The translations under genes and the position numbers were made by a program. From Lama guanicoe (lineage: Eukaryota), in assembly GCA_013239625.1 (NCBI GenBank), contig MU053758.1, forward strand, positions 3,519,490-3,583,489: DNA of 64,000 nt, in the 5' to 3' direction. The notes beneath the pieces are model-generated. The model saw only the letters and a list, made by a program, of their open reading frames with translations, searched no databases and was not told the origin of the DNA. Of the stretch, positions 51,560-64,000 are shown in pieces. The first letter of the stretch is position 1. Each line of letters begins with the position of its first letter.

Positions 51560-53500
51560 TCCTGGACAACAGCAGACTTTAGTGCCAATCTCAATGACTA
51601 AAGAATACTTGGTGATCATTCTCAGCACAATTCCATTTGCTTCCTGCAAAAAACATATGTGATTGTACTATACAAACATGGAATACCCTAAACGTCACTG
51701 GTCAATAACCCCAACAGCAACTTTTATGCCAGATAGAATGTTTTTTAATTAATTTATTTTTATTGAGTGAAAGCCTTTAAATTCTATGGTGCTTTATAAT
51801 TCTCGAAAGTTTCACACAGATGATTTTATATAATCTCATAATAATCCTTTTTTCTCTCCTACCACCATGTTGCCCCACTCCCCAACTGATAACCATTCAC
51901 TTGTCCTCTAGGTCTGTGAATCTGCTTCTTTTTTCTTTTAATCACTAGTTTGTTGTATTTTAGAGACACTACATAAGTGACATCATACAGTATTTACCTT
52001 TGAATTATTTCACTGAGCATATGCCTTCCAAGTCCATCCATGTTGCTGCACTTTATGCCAGATAGAATGTTTACTACAACAGACCAACAGTTTCTGGTCT
52101 CAAAAGGTAGTAGAAAAAGGAAATATCCCAATTTTAAAAACTGTGAGCAGTACACATGGTCACATTTTTGTGGAGTGGGAGAAAGAAGGGTCAAAGGAAA
52201 TGATATCCATTGGCTGTTTGCAAGTGATGGAAGATTGACTGATTGGACTGAGCCCTGGAGAAGCAAGATTGGAAGATAAGGAGATTTGGAGAAGAATCAC
52301 TTAGGTGGAGATGGGTGTGTGGGCAGAAAGTATTTCCTCCTTGTGTCCCATGTCGGTGCTCACCAGATACTGTCCACCACTTAGGAGGCACCAGACAACA
52401 TGAGTGCGGGAGAACTCATCCCACCTCTGTCCTCAGGTGCACTGGTATCTACACAGGAGAGCATCAACAGAGTAGCCATGGTGGCAGAGGCAGAGGGTTG
52501 TGTGGACCCCACAGCTCAGTCTCCCTCCCACCATGGTTACCTCTGCTGTATGTGCTCTTGGTCAGAAGCAAAAAAAGTTGTTGAGCCCTAACTGGTGATA
52601 TCACTCATGACACAGAACCGTCCCACTCGAAGACAAGTTTTCTGCATGAGACCCTCTCTACACAGAGAAGGCACAAGTTCTTCCTTACTATGATTGCATG
52701 TTTTGTGTATGGATTTGTCTTCCTTGTCTCAGTGCTATTACAGCACTTAGAGTATCATCATCACGAGTTTGGACCAAGGGACCCGCTCTATGGTGAACAA
52801 GGTCAAACAACAGTCAGATGACCGTGAGATCTACTTGCTCTGCTCTACATCACATGGCAGAGAAATGGCTCACCTCATGGAAAATTGGAATGTCTTCTAC
52901 ATGTGCAGCAGAGAAACCTACTTTGAAGTGACAACCTGTGACATTGATAGATTGTCTTCTGCATGTTGTATGTATCTTGATGCAGTGGGCACTATGTGGT
53001 TCACATAGAGATGGCACCATATAGGTGCATAGAAGGTAGTATACGTAGTGTCAGAAAGTGATGGGTGGATGTGGGAATGAAACCCTTCACTTTAATTCTC
53101 AGTGACATACTCAGGAATCTGTGCTTCCCATCTCCATGGATTTAGACTCTCCTGGGTTGAAGGGTTTAATCCTACGGAAGTCACATTTCTGTCAGGGGAT
53201 ACAACCTAATTTTACAAATGTCCTCTGGTCGTTTAGGGCTCCTCGTGTCAGTAGCTCAGCAGGCAAGAAAGCTTACTATTACTTGGCAAGGGATAGTTAT
53301 CATGAAGGTAGAGGGCAGAGAGAAATACATCTGAATGCAGAATTTCCCTGGAGTATCTCATGCTGTGTCCATGCCCAGGGATGACCACACAAGCAAGGAC
53401 AGCAACCACAGCTTGCTGAGGGCATAGTCACCGGAGGCGCAGACATCTATTTCCTTGAGATGCAAATGTGGTGCCTTTGAGCAAGAAAAGACCTCAGCCT
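51560..53500 (+). mobile_element. Highly decayed ERVL/MaLR-like internal sequence
   Basis: Resembles ERVL pol remnants (gattggaagataaggagatttggagaaga; agtagccatggtggcagaggcagagggtt; gaccaagggacc); no intact ORF. Confidence 0.45.
51744..52051 (-). mobile_element. Short L1 3' fragment
   Basis: Antisense 3'UTR; perfect 21-bp TSD tttatgccagatagaatgttt at 51723-51743 and 52052-52072. Confidence 0.82.
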
Positions 53501-54166
53501 GGATGAGTGTTTATGATTAGCTACATGACATTACACAATGAAATGCTTTTCTTCTGAAAATGGAGATAATTGGGTCGGAGGGCTACTATGATGCTCAGAA
53601 TGGATAATGCAGACAGTGTGTAATGCAGGTTAAAATTCCTATATCAGGAATGCTGTGCAATAAATCAAACACAATATGGGATAAATTATGATACGGAATT
53701 TATTGGGAGACACATAGGGAAGACTCCTGTATCCAGGAAGACAACTCAAAGTGATCATAAAAGAAACAAGAAAGCTGTGAGAGCCACGAGTACATTGATA
53801 AAGAAAATATGATTATGAATAATATTGATCAGTTGCAGAAACCTGTGAAACAGTTACAAGAATTAGTTTTCCTTAGTCACTCAGAGGGACTGCGTGGACC
53901 TGACTTCAGAGTCAAAGCCCAGACAAACTCCATATCAAGGATGCACAAAGCTGGCTCATCATCCACCTACACGAGAGGAAGAGAATTGGGGGAAGTCCTC
54001 TGCACTCCAACAAGCTGATTCACAAGCTTTAAACAAGCAGATGAGTAACAGAAGTTCTGGGAGAGCATGCTGGTAATTGGCAAACCCAAGAAGTGAATTT
54101 GCCCCCAAAACGGCAACTCAGTTGACAGATTGTGTTGGATGCAGGGGATGGCTCTTGGTGAGGTGA

Positions 54167-54670
54167 TCAGCAGGAGGGCTGGCAGCAGCTGGACACACAG
54201 CTAGGGCGGCAGCACGTGGTCTGACAGCAGACAGGGCGGCAGCGAGGCTGGCAGCAGCTGGATCCACAGCTCTGGGCCAGGCACCCAGGCAGGCAGCAGC
54301 ACGTGGGGTGGTACCAGGTTCGGTGGCAGTACACGGGTGCACAGCTAGCTGGCTGGCAGCAGCTGGACCCACCGCAGTTTTGTCCGCAGCTGCTAGACTC
54401 ACAGCAAGTGGACTGGCAGCAGGAAGGGCTGCAACAGCTGGTTACACAGGTAGGCTGGCAGCAGGTTTGTCCACAGCTGCTGGACTCACAGCAGGTGGGC
54501 TGGCAGCAGGTGGTCACACAAGTAGGTTTGCGGCAGGTGGTGCTGCAGCAGGTGGTCTGAGTAGCTTCATAGCAAGTTTGGGGGCAGCAAGGCTGGCAGC
54601 AGCTGGGCTCACAGCAGGTGGGCTGGCAGCAGGTGGGCTGGCAGCAAGGGGAGCAGCATGAGTGGGTCAT
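54167..54670 (-). CDS. KRTAP9: Keratin-associated protein 9 family (G10), 167 aa
   Basis: Nearly identical to G9; TATAAAA at 54748-54754; AATAAA at 53699-53704 on the minus strand. Confidence 0.92.
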   Translation of the reverse strand: MTHSCCSPCCQPTCCQPTCCEPSCCQPCCPQTCYEATQTTCCSTTCRKPTCVTTCCQPTCCESSSCGQTCCQPTCVTSCCSPSCCQSTCCESSSCGQNCGGSSCCQPASCAPVYCHRTWYHPTCCCLPGCLAQSCGSSCCQPRCRPVCCQTTCCRPSCVSSCCQPSC

Positions 54671-55669
54671 GGTGTCAGTGGTGGAAGTTGGAACTCCTGT
54701 TGAGTGGTGAGTTTCTCAGATTCTGATCACTCCTTCTGTTCTGGGGCTTTTATACACTGGACCCCCAGTGTTGGGACCAATAAGCAGGACTTTCCTGGTT
54801 GTTGTTTACGTTGTTTTTGGAGTCATTAGGTAATTGTTATGGAGGAAGTTGTTCTCTTGGCATTTTATAGAGATACCTCTGTAAATTAATGTTTGATCAT
54901 TTTCTTAATTGTGACTACAACTTAAAAACCTCTTCCAGAAATGGAACAGTCAGGAATCATCACCAGGAACATTTCCGGTCGTGGACATCATGTGGTCATG
55001 TGATAGCTCCTCCTGCTGGCTCTGAGAAGGTGAGAACAATTCTGCCCTCTCAGCTTTGCTCCTTTGACTGTTCTTAGATCAGGAAGGGCATTGAGAGGGT
55101 CTTGATGCTGATGCATTCTGTGATGAATGAAGCCCTGCTTGAATCCAAGTCTGATCTCCCACAAAGTCTGATTCAAGACTAACACATTTATCTATGTTTG
55201 TGGCAATTGACTCAAAATCCCAGTTTTATCAGCGACATTTACATGGAAGATGATTGGCAGAAAGTTTTTCAGATGCAAATCAGCACCAAATTAGGAGAAT
55301 AGAGGCAGAAGTAGGGCACTGGTTTTCAGATAGCATCAATCTATTAATCTTCCAACACTATTTTCTAGCTGGGCCACTAATCTCAGGTGAGATATTCCAA
55401 CTTGTACTTACTTCTTTTTTTTAACAAATTGTGGCAAATAGGTTAGATAGGTTAATGGCCAAGATATATCTGAATTTGTAAGTTTATATTTCAATATATG
55501 TGGAACTCAGAAAAATCATTGGCTCTTTAAAACATTGAACCAGTTTGTTCATTAAATCTTAAACTAAATTAAAACTAAGGGTACAAAGTTCCTGAAAAAA
55601 AAAGTGAAAGATGCAAACATAATTTTTAAGCATACTTGATATATTTCAATTCATTCAATTCATTATTCA

Positions 55670-56740
55670 TTTTTTTAATTCTTCACTTTGAACAGCTTCA
55701 TGGAGATGTAATTCACAGACTATACAATTCAGCTGTTTAAAGTGCACAGTTCAGTGGTTTTTAGTATATTCACTGAGCTGGGCAATTATTACCGTAATAA
55801 AAATTTTAGACGATTTTCATTATGCCATAAAGAAACCCCATACCCATTACTCCCCATTCCACCTACAGCTCCAACAACCCTAGTCAACCACTGATCTACT
55901 TTCTGTTTCTGTTGATTTCCCTATTCTGGACATTTCATATAAATGGAATTGCACAACAGTGGGCTTTTTTTCTGGCTTCTTTCCCTTAGTATAATGTTTT
56001 CAGGTTTCATCCATGCTGTAGCATGTGTCAGTACTTTTATCACCAAATAATATTCCATTGTATGGATGGACCGTACTTTGTTTATTCATCAGTTGATAAA
56101 CCTTTGGTTTTGCAGTGCATTGAGTGGTGGCCATCAAAATATATGTCCATCCCTTAAGAGCCCTGAAACTTGTGAATGTGACCTTATTCGGAAAAAGGTT
56201 CTTTGCAAATGCACGTAAGTTAAGGATCTCAAGATGAGAACATCCTAGTGGGCCCTAAATCCAAGGACCAAAGTTTTTATAAGAGGCACATAGAGGAGAG
56301 AGAAAGGAGGAGACATGTAAAGATCAGGCAGAGATTGGATTGATGCAGCCACAGCCAGCCAAGGAACCCCAGAAGCCACCAAAAGCTGGAAGAGGCAAGG
56401 AAGGAATCTCCCCTAGAAATTTCAGAGGGAGCACAGTCCTACCAGAACTTTGATTTCAGATTACTGGCTTTCAGAACTGTGAGAGAGTAAAATTCTGTTA
56501 TTTTAAGCCAACCAGTTTGTGGTGATTTGTTACTGCAGCCTTGAGAAAATGACAAAGGATTGTTTCCACTTCTTGGCTGTTATGAATAGTATTGCAGTGA
56601 ACATTCACATACAGGTTTTTGTGCGGGTGTATGTTTTCATTTCTCATGGGTAGGTACCTAGGAGTGGAATTGCTAGATCATATGGTAACTATGTTTCACA
56701 TTTAGAGGAACTACCAAACTGCTTTCCAAAGCAGTTATGC
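55670..56740 (-). mobile_element. L1MB-like 3' fragment split by an MLT1 LTR
   Basis: ctattctggacatttcatataaatggaat; gtacctaggagtggaattgctagatcatatggtaact. Confidence 0.75.
56111..56556 (+). mobile_element. MaLR MLT1-type solo LTR
   Basis: tgtgaatgtgaccttatt, aagctggaagaggcaagg, cagaactgtgagag..ttttaagcca..gtttgtggtgatttgttac; 5-bp TSD-like ggttt/ggatt. Confidence 0.85.
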
Positions 56741-57681
56741 AATGTCAACCACAAAAATGTTTTGAACATATTAGAACTCACAGATACCTCAGGTATCATC
56801 TCATCTAGTTTAGTTTCATGAAAGAAAAAAAAATACTAAGTAACCAAAAAAAGTGCACTCAGTGATGAGAGGTAATTGATTGACTCTGGGTAAAAACATG
56901 ACTGTAGTTACAGTCACCAGCTCATCTTGATTTGCTTGGAACTGCCTCCAATTATATGTGAAAACTCACCTCCTGAGAATCCCTCAGTTGGTACAACTGG
57001 TCACCCCAGGACATAAACTGATGCTTCCTCAGTACCATTGCACTACTTCTACCTCTGCCCACCTTCTTTGGTTCTGCTTTGCCATTGGAAAGCCATTGTG
57101 CCAAAAATCCTCTGTTCAAGTGTCTGATAGGACTGGGCTACCCAGGACGGGCTGGTTGCTACAGAGGGATGCCTAAGTCATCCTGGGTCAGGCTTTTGTG
57201 GAAACACACTTGGACTCAGGCATGGCTTCATTTTGTCACTGTGAAGAGATCAGCATCGTGTCCCTGCCCCCAAGGATACTTTCTAATCTACGTACAACCA
57301 AAGGAATAAAATTGAGGAGGGATTCTGTGAGATGACTGTACTGACACTCATAAGGCCATCAGAAAGTGTATCATGTGACTAGTTTATAGTCTATGATCAA
57401 AGCAAAATTGGTGCTGATGTGACTGCCTTCCATTTTCTGAAAAAGTTTCTAAGGATTACTGTCAATTAAGAAACACATTAAACACTTTTTTCTGAAGAGT
57501 CATTGCATTTAGGGAACAATGTCCTCTTTTACAATTTCACCAGTGACTATGGAGGACAAGGAAGTCCTGCTCGTTGACCCCAACTTTGGGGCCCCCCTGT
57601 ATAAAAACTCCAGAACAGAAGGAGACATGAGATTCTGGAAAACTCAACATTAACAGGAGCCCGCCCTCCACCACTGACACC

Positions 57682-58072
57682 ATGACCATGCTGTTCTCCT
57701 TGTTGCCAGCCCACCTGCTGCAGGACCACCTGCTGTGGGTCCAGTAGCTGTGGACAAACCTGCAGCCAGTCCAGCTGCTGCCAGCCTTGCTGCCCCACAA
57801 CCTGCTGTCAAACCACCTGCTGCCAACCTACTTATGTGACCACCTGCTGCCAGCCCACCTGCTGTGGGTCCAGCGGCTGTGGACAAAACTTCAGTGGGTC
57901 CAGCTGCTGCCAGTCTTGCTGCCAGCCAGCTAGCTGTGCACCCATGTACTGCCACCGAACCTGGTACCACCCCACATGCTGCTGCCTGCCTGGGTGCCAG
58001 GCCCAGAGCTGCGGATCCAGCTGCTGCCAGCCTTGCTGTGTGTCCGGCTGCTGCCAACTGTCCTCCTGCTGA
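57682..58072 (+). pseudogene. KRTAP9: KRTAP9-family pseudogene (G11), frameshift after codon 2
   Basis: ATG ACC A|TGC TGT TCT CCT: the ATG frame ends at TAG after ~21 aa, while the Cys-rich frame (57689-58072) is open but has no upstream in-frame ATG; TATAAAA at 57600-57606. Confidence 0.85.
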
Positions 58073-59109
58073 TCCTCCCACCATAGAATCATGTGACACA
58101 GACCAACCTTCTGCCATCCAACTTGTGAGATCTCCAGTTACTGCCACCAGCTCCATCACCCGGCTTCACTAGCGTCTGGTGGGCTGCCACTATCTTTCTA
58201 TTAGTCATATTGAATAAGAGGCACTGTGAGATGGTGTAGTGGCATGCAGTTGACTTCAGTTTTATTTTCTTCATCTTTATTTGCAGCCAATCTCTGTAAT
58301 ACCTGCAGATCTTAGGTCTCTTTGACCTACAGTCATTGCATCAGCCTTGCAAAAATGATCACCATTTTTCCTAAGTAACCTAAAGCACAAATCATTGTGA
58401 TAGTTTTCTTAGGTTCCTTCCATGTTTACTATTTCTTTATAATCATTTCTTTTGTAGTGGACTCATGATTCTTCTGTTTCACTTCCTCCTCTTTGTGATG
58501 ACCCTGTATTGTCTTCCAAGCTATTAGGAAGCTTCTCTGATTCCATCCTGTTGAAGCCTTTGCTGTCTTCCAGCCTATATTGTGATTTGACTTTTTGTAC
58601 AACATTTTCTCGTAAATCCTCTCATTCATATTTTATTTCACAGGTATTTTCTGTTCTGAGCCTGACAGTGACCCCAAAACTGACAGAACCAAAATGACCA
58701 CATCACAATAAATTAAGCATGGACATAGAACTGGGCACTGAGCTAACTGTACCATGGAAATTTTACTTTGGAGCCATCCACATCTCTCTAAAACATCATC
58801 CTGAGGGAAACAGAAGGATTTGATAAAGAAAAGAAACCAGCACTCTGAGAAGCTGTGGTGGGTGTAACAGGTATGAGTCTAGTCCTCCAAAGTAGGAACC
58901 ATATTTTCTGAAGAAGAACTGAAGAAAAAGAGGAGATCTAGATATTTGCTGGAAAAAGACAAGATACTGGCTGTGGGACGAAAAGGGTATTTTATGACCA
59001 GAGCCATCTTCTTGTTTTAGGTCCTAGAAGACCTCACAGGGCAGAGGGATTCTGTGAAGAGGCTGCCAGGTTCTCGGATTTGCTTCATTGCAGGGAGGGA
59101 TAAACTAAG

Positions 59110-59320
59110 GGACTATTACCATTTACTGCGTTACTACAAGTACTAGGCTCGATATTTTCTCATCGTTTCTAATTCACAATCTAACCATAAGGAAAAGGTT
59201 TATTATCCCCATTTAACAGATGAGGAGACAGAGGCTAAGGAAGATGAACTAACCTGCTTAAAGTTGCACCACTAGCCAACAGTTTATGTGGCTTCAAACC
59301 CTAGGCTGTTTGCACCACAC
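59110..59320 (-). mobile_element. MIR SINE
   Basis: tattatccccatttaacagatgaggagacagaggct core. Confidence 0.75.
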
Positions 59321-60874
59321 TCACATGTGCCCGACGCCCCCTGCTCCCACCAGGCTGGGGAGAGAACCTCGGTCTATGAAGCCTTGAATGCGAAAACAGA
59401 TTACTTGGTGCTTTCACACATTTTCATCTCACTCCTCTTTCAATAGTAGGGACTTTGCAGAGGCGAAAGAAGTAAGAGTTACATCTGGAAATTTAAGTGT
59501 CGCTTACTTCAACAAGATTTATCGAGTACTTACTAAGTACTGTGCCTGTGGACAAGACATTCAAGTTCCCCATCTTATTGTACTAAGTGGGATGCAAACA
59601 GGAGATGAAATTTATACACCTGAAGTAGGGGTAATGAACTTATATCACTAATGATCACTAATGATATGGAAAAATGGTTCAGGAGGGCTGTATGCAGGCA
59701 GGATTGTATCTGGCTGACACAACAGGGAGGGGAAGAAAGGGAAAAAAAAAACCTCATATTGATCCCATGAATCAACTTACTATGTAAAAATAGCAAGAGT
59801 GATGTTGAAAGAAGAATTTGGGTACAGAAATTCCCCAGCAAGGTATACGTAAAAACAATGAACACTGACTGGTTGGAATATATTAAGTAATGTTTTCAAA
59901 AGCCTGCAGTTAATAGGAGACAGAACACCCATGATGTAAATACTCATCTATCTGATTTCAGTCCCCATGGCCCAACCTCTCCTATCTTCTGCAATGGAGA
60001 ACATAAGGATGAACACAAAAGGACGGGTGTATAGGTGAGCTCTCATTATGTGGGCATGCTTTACAGACTTCCTGACCAGACACAGAGAATTGATGGTGTG
60101 TTGAAAATGCAAATCACAGAACGGGCACATGTACAAGGAAAAGGGATGAAGGGACACCCAAATCTCTGCATATTGCAGGGGGATTCTCAGTGTAACTAAG
60201 ACACAGTAGAAAGTTCTTAAGCATGCAGGTAAACCACTCTGAACTTGATTTTAACAATGAGGTGGCCCTGGTAAGCAAAGTTAATGATGGTAAACTTGCT
60301 ACAGTCAGACTATCTTAAACTTTGTGAAACCCAGTCACAGAAATTGCTGGCTTGACTAGAACTATGTTCTACAGAGCAGAAAGATAATTGCCATGTTTAG
60401 AGGAAAAGGAATGTGATTTCAGGTCACTGGAATAAAGGGCAGAGCTAATAAGGGTAGGAAAGTACTCAGAAATGCCATTCTAATTGTACAGTCAGGGATG
60501 CTTCTGATGGAGGAGAAGTTCAGGATGTATAGAGCGAGTGTAACCTGAAATGCGGAGAAACTCATTAAAAGAGCTTCCCAAGGGTAAAAGAGACCCAACC
60601 CTTGATTACTAGATATTCAAGCATGGGAACTCACAACCACTTGGCAGGTAGTTTATCAAGATTGAGTGAGGTCTTTAAACACTCTCTGCCTTGCCGCAGC
60701 CTCATTTGACTGATAGGTTGCTAACATGTTATCATTCTCTGAAGTTCATAAGTATGAAAATTATTAAAAAATAATTCCCATTATTTGTTTTATAAGTTGG
60801 TATGTCTCATTGATGGGGATATTAGACATGTCTTTTCAATGTATGTGTATGTTCTTTACATTCACAAATCCTCT

Positions 60875-61380
60875 TTTATTTATTTTTATTGAAGTATAGT
60901 TGATTTACCATACTGTGTTAGTTTCAGGTGTACAGCAAAGTGATTCAGTTATACACATACATGTATGAATATATTTTTTTCAGAGTATTGTCCATTATAG
61001 GTTATTACAAGATATTGAATATAGCTCCCTGTGCTCTACAGGAGGTCTTTGTAATTCATCTATTTTTTTTAATTGAAGTACCATCAGTTACAGTGTGTCA
61101 ATTCCTGGTGTACAGCACAATGTCCCAGTCATGCATATACACACATATAATTGTTTTCATATTCTTTTTCATTAAAGGTTTATTTTATATATAGTAGTGT
61201 GTATATGTTAATCCCAAAATCCTAATTTATCCCTCCCTACCCTCCACCAACCCTTTCTCCTTTGGTAACTGTAGTTTTCTACGTCTGTGAGTCTATTTTC
61301 AGTTTGTTAATAAGTTCATTTGTGTCATTTTTTTTTAGATTACACATGTAAGTAATATCAGATGATACTTGTCTTTGTCT
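60875..61380 (-). mobile_element. L1 3'UTR fragment with a nested second L1 tail (~61061-61180)
   Basis: Two ttttt..attgaagta..ggtgtacagc tails; tatttt flanks the inner piece. Confidence 0.7.
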
Positions 61381-63301
61381 GTGAAGTTCATAAGCATTTA
61401 AATACATAATGCTTGAATGAAAATACACACACTGCCATGACAACAGTCATTTCCTTGGAGTGGTAGGGAGGCTGCTTCCCAAAGGGCAATCAGGGTCTTA
61501 ATAAAGTCATCAGAGTCCAGCCTTGAGCCTGCAGACTATGGGAGATTCGATTTTGTTTACATACATACTTACGTGCTTTGTAAACAAGCATGAAGCCACC
61601 TCTTGGAACAGACTCAGTTAGCCAAGCCCATAAAGCAAGGATGCTGATTTATGACCTTACAGGAGAATTAACTGCAACAGGATCTTCTCAACCACCACAT
61701 GAGCAAGGAGTCCGCAAAGGAAGTTAAAGGAACCCAATGTCAGATGGCATTTGACACATTCATTTTATAGCAGGTCTCACCAGTGAAACTTGAAAACTCA
61801 CAATCCCACAACTCACTGTCCATCCCCCCTGAGCAGTGCCCGGGTGGTCACTGCCAACATTCTCTTGTCTTAACTCTGAGATTCTGGGGTTCACCAACAC
61901 CCTCAGGTAAGTTTCACATTTCATATATCTTTAATCAGTTCCGAATCAACTCCTCAGACTTTAAAGATATCCTTCTCCTTAAGGTGACATTACATAATTT
62001 GCTTTGTGCCTTTTTAATGTAGATCCTGAGTCTTGGGTGGTATCTCACTGTGGTCCCCACTTGTCAAGCATCTGCACTCACACACTGCGTTGTGAGCATC
62101 CATGATGAAATGTATGTTTTGGCTCATTCTGGCTATTTATAATAGTTCTAATTGTATTTCTCGGTAACTTAGGGTTTATTTACATTTCTCTTCTTTTCCA
62201 AGTATTAAAAAAGAAAGGAAGAAAAGAATCCTTAGTGATGTGGAGTTAAAATCAGAATTTTGCGCTGACTTTTATTTTTGTGTGTCTTTGTTCAGCAGGT
62301 TATAATCTAACATGTCCTGCTTGTTTTGAGTGACACACCCATCACATTCCTTCCCTCCCTCCTGTGAGTTACTCTAGTGATTATACTATAGTTAATTTAC
62401 TCTTCTTAAGATTGGGATGGAACTTGAAAGGCTATCCCTAGGTTAGGCGCTCTAGTGTAATGTAATATTGTTAGGGAAAGAACAGGGGTTAATTTCAGAA
62501 AACCAGTCTCAGTTTTTGTTTCCTTCATTCAAAGTTGGGGGGCGGTTGGGGGGCACTTAGCTCTTTCATCACTGGAAACTGTCTCCATGGAATCTCTCCA
62601 TGGTTCTCTCTCAATCTACATGGTTCAGAAAGTGCACCTTGGGATGTTTCTTGTGTACGCACTTGAAACAGAATAGCTGTTAGACTCCAGGCCCAAACTC
62701 TGCAACAGACTTCATTTCATTTAAGGAAAATGAGACAACTTTTAGAAATGACAACAAAAGAAGCTATTTCAAAGTCAAATTAATCATAAAAGAAATAGGA
62801 ATCTTACAGGCTCAGAGGTAACTTACTTAGAAAATACAAGATTAAGAATCAAAAGTAAAATTGTAATAATTCCCACTTCAGTAAACAAATATAGATATTA
62901 ATCTGGGAAAATAAGGGGTATTCTATAACTAGAGAAATTTAGACTATTAAGAATTGTTGGTTGTGATTGATCAAAGAGATGTTTGCAACATTTCAGTTTC
63001 TTGTTGTAACTCCAGCTTAGAGATCTTGGCAAACAATGACAAGATCTACGTTCCCAAAGAGATTCTAGGTCAGTCCTTTAATCTAATGCATCTTTAAAAA
63101 CTAAATCCTCAAGGCTGATTGTTCAGGCCCAAGTAACTGCAATTGCTCAACATTTGTACAGAACAATGTTTTCCCCAGTTGCTTCATTATTCTGATATCC
63201 TTTTTCCTACCTTTTACTCTAACTTTGAATAATCTTTCTAACTACAATGGGCCTTCCTGTTTAATCTCCTAATAATCTCAACTCATCTTAAAACCTCTTG
63301 T

Positions 63302-63425
63302 GGGGAGGGTATAGCTCAGTGGTAGAGCACATGCTTAGCATGCGTCAGGTCCTGGGTTCCATCCTCAGTACCTTCATTAAAAAGTAAATAAATAAACAAA
63401 CAAACAAAGCAAATTACCTCCCCCC
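63302..63425 (+). mobile_element. tRNA-derived SINE (Vic-1-like)
   Basis: ggggagggtatagctcagtggtagagc A box, cctgggttccatcc B box, A-rich tail then aattacctccccc. Confidence 0.82.
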
Positions 63426-64000
63426 TTCTGACTGATATGAGCCCTGAGTCCTTTCAATATTCCCCTTAAGAAAGCATTTTACGTGTTTACGAAGCACTTC
63501 CAATCTCCCCACTTATCCTGTGACCAGCATGCATATTAATACTCTTATTTGGACTATGAGGATCATCTAAGGGTGTCTGCAATGTAGGACAGAATAACTG
63601 AGCCAGGTTTTATGTGTTTGTGTCTGTGATCAGTTGCAGGTTTGGATCAGAATTGTCCTTTCATTCCTATGTAGTAGTTCTCTACCCACTCGCTCCATTA
63701 GATGCAGGCAACACTTGCGGGGTGGTGGGGGGGCTTCTGGTTAAAAGGCTAATTATTGGGATTTTGGTTCTTTTTATTATGAAGCTGAACTCCCAATAAT
63801 TCATTCATAAGGAAGGACTAAATTAAGTGGAATTTTAAAAGGCTCAGTTTATCAACCTGACACAGTTGCAAACATGGGCATGTTTCATAATGGATATCAT
63901 GATTCAGACATAGACCTTTTACCTTGGACCCTCAAATCCCTTGAGATCTGGTATTTATGCCATCAGTCCACTCCTCTCCCTTTTCTTAGACCTTTAGTGC

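Noticed and set aside
63302..63375. Possible tRNA gene
   Set aside because: Degenerate B box, no convincing acceptor stem, A-rich tail, and dispersed relatives with TSDs: a SINE

Overview
Mammalian genomic DNA, probably camelid (inferred from the tRNA-derived SINE type). It contains part of the ultra-high-sulfur hair keratin-associated protein (KRTAP) cluster. The left ~40 kb holds intronless KRTAP4-family loci, all on the minus strand: five apparently intact (G1 1028-1495, G2 5353-5820, G4 19504-20346, G5 28671-29132, G6 36422-36760), two with premature stops (G3 14864-15627, which also spans an assembly gap; G7 39907-40131) and one 3' remnant (~27.4 kb). From ~42.6 kb the KRTAP9 family follows: a promoter plus 14-codon stub cut off by an L1 (G8), two intact near-identical genes in inverted orientation (G9 44440-44961 +, G10 54167-54670 -) and a frameshifted copy (G11 57682-58072 +). 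Intergenic DNA is mostly L1 of several ages, tRNA-SINEs, MIR/L2, MER5, MaLR/ERV LTRs and ERVL-like remnants. I found no wholly new biological system. The most interesting signal is modular shuffling: promoters, N-termini, 75-bp coding repeat arrays, C-termini and 3' flanks are reassorted among paralogs, with breakpoints inside the genes. Gene labels G1-G11 are mine, symbols are family-level only, and repeat family names come from pattern recognition rather than database searches.
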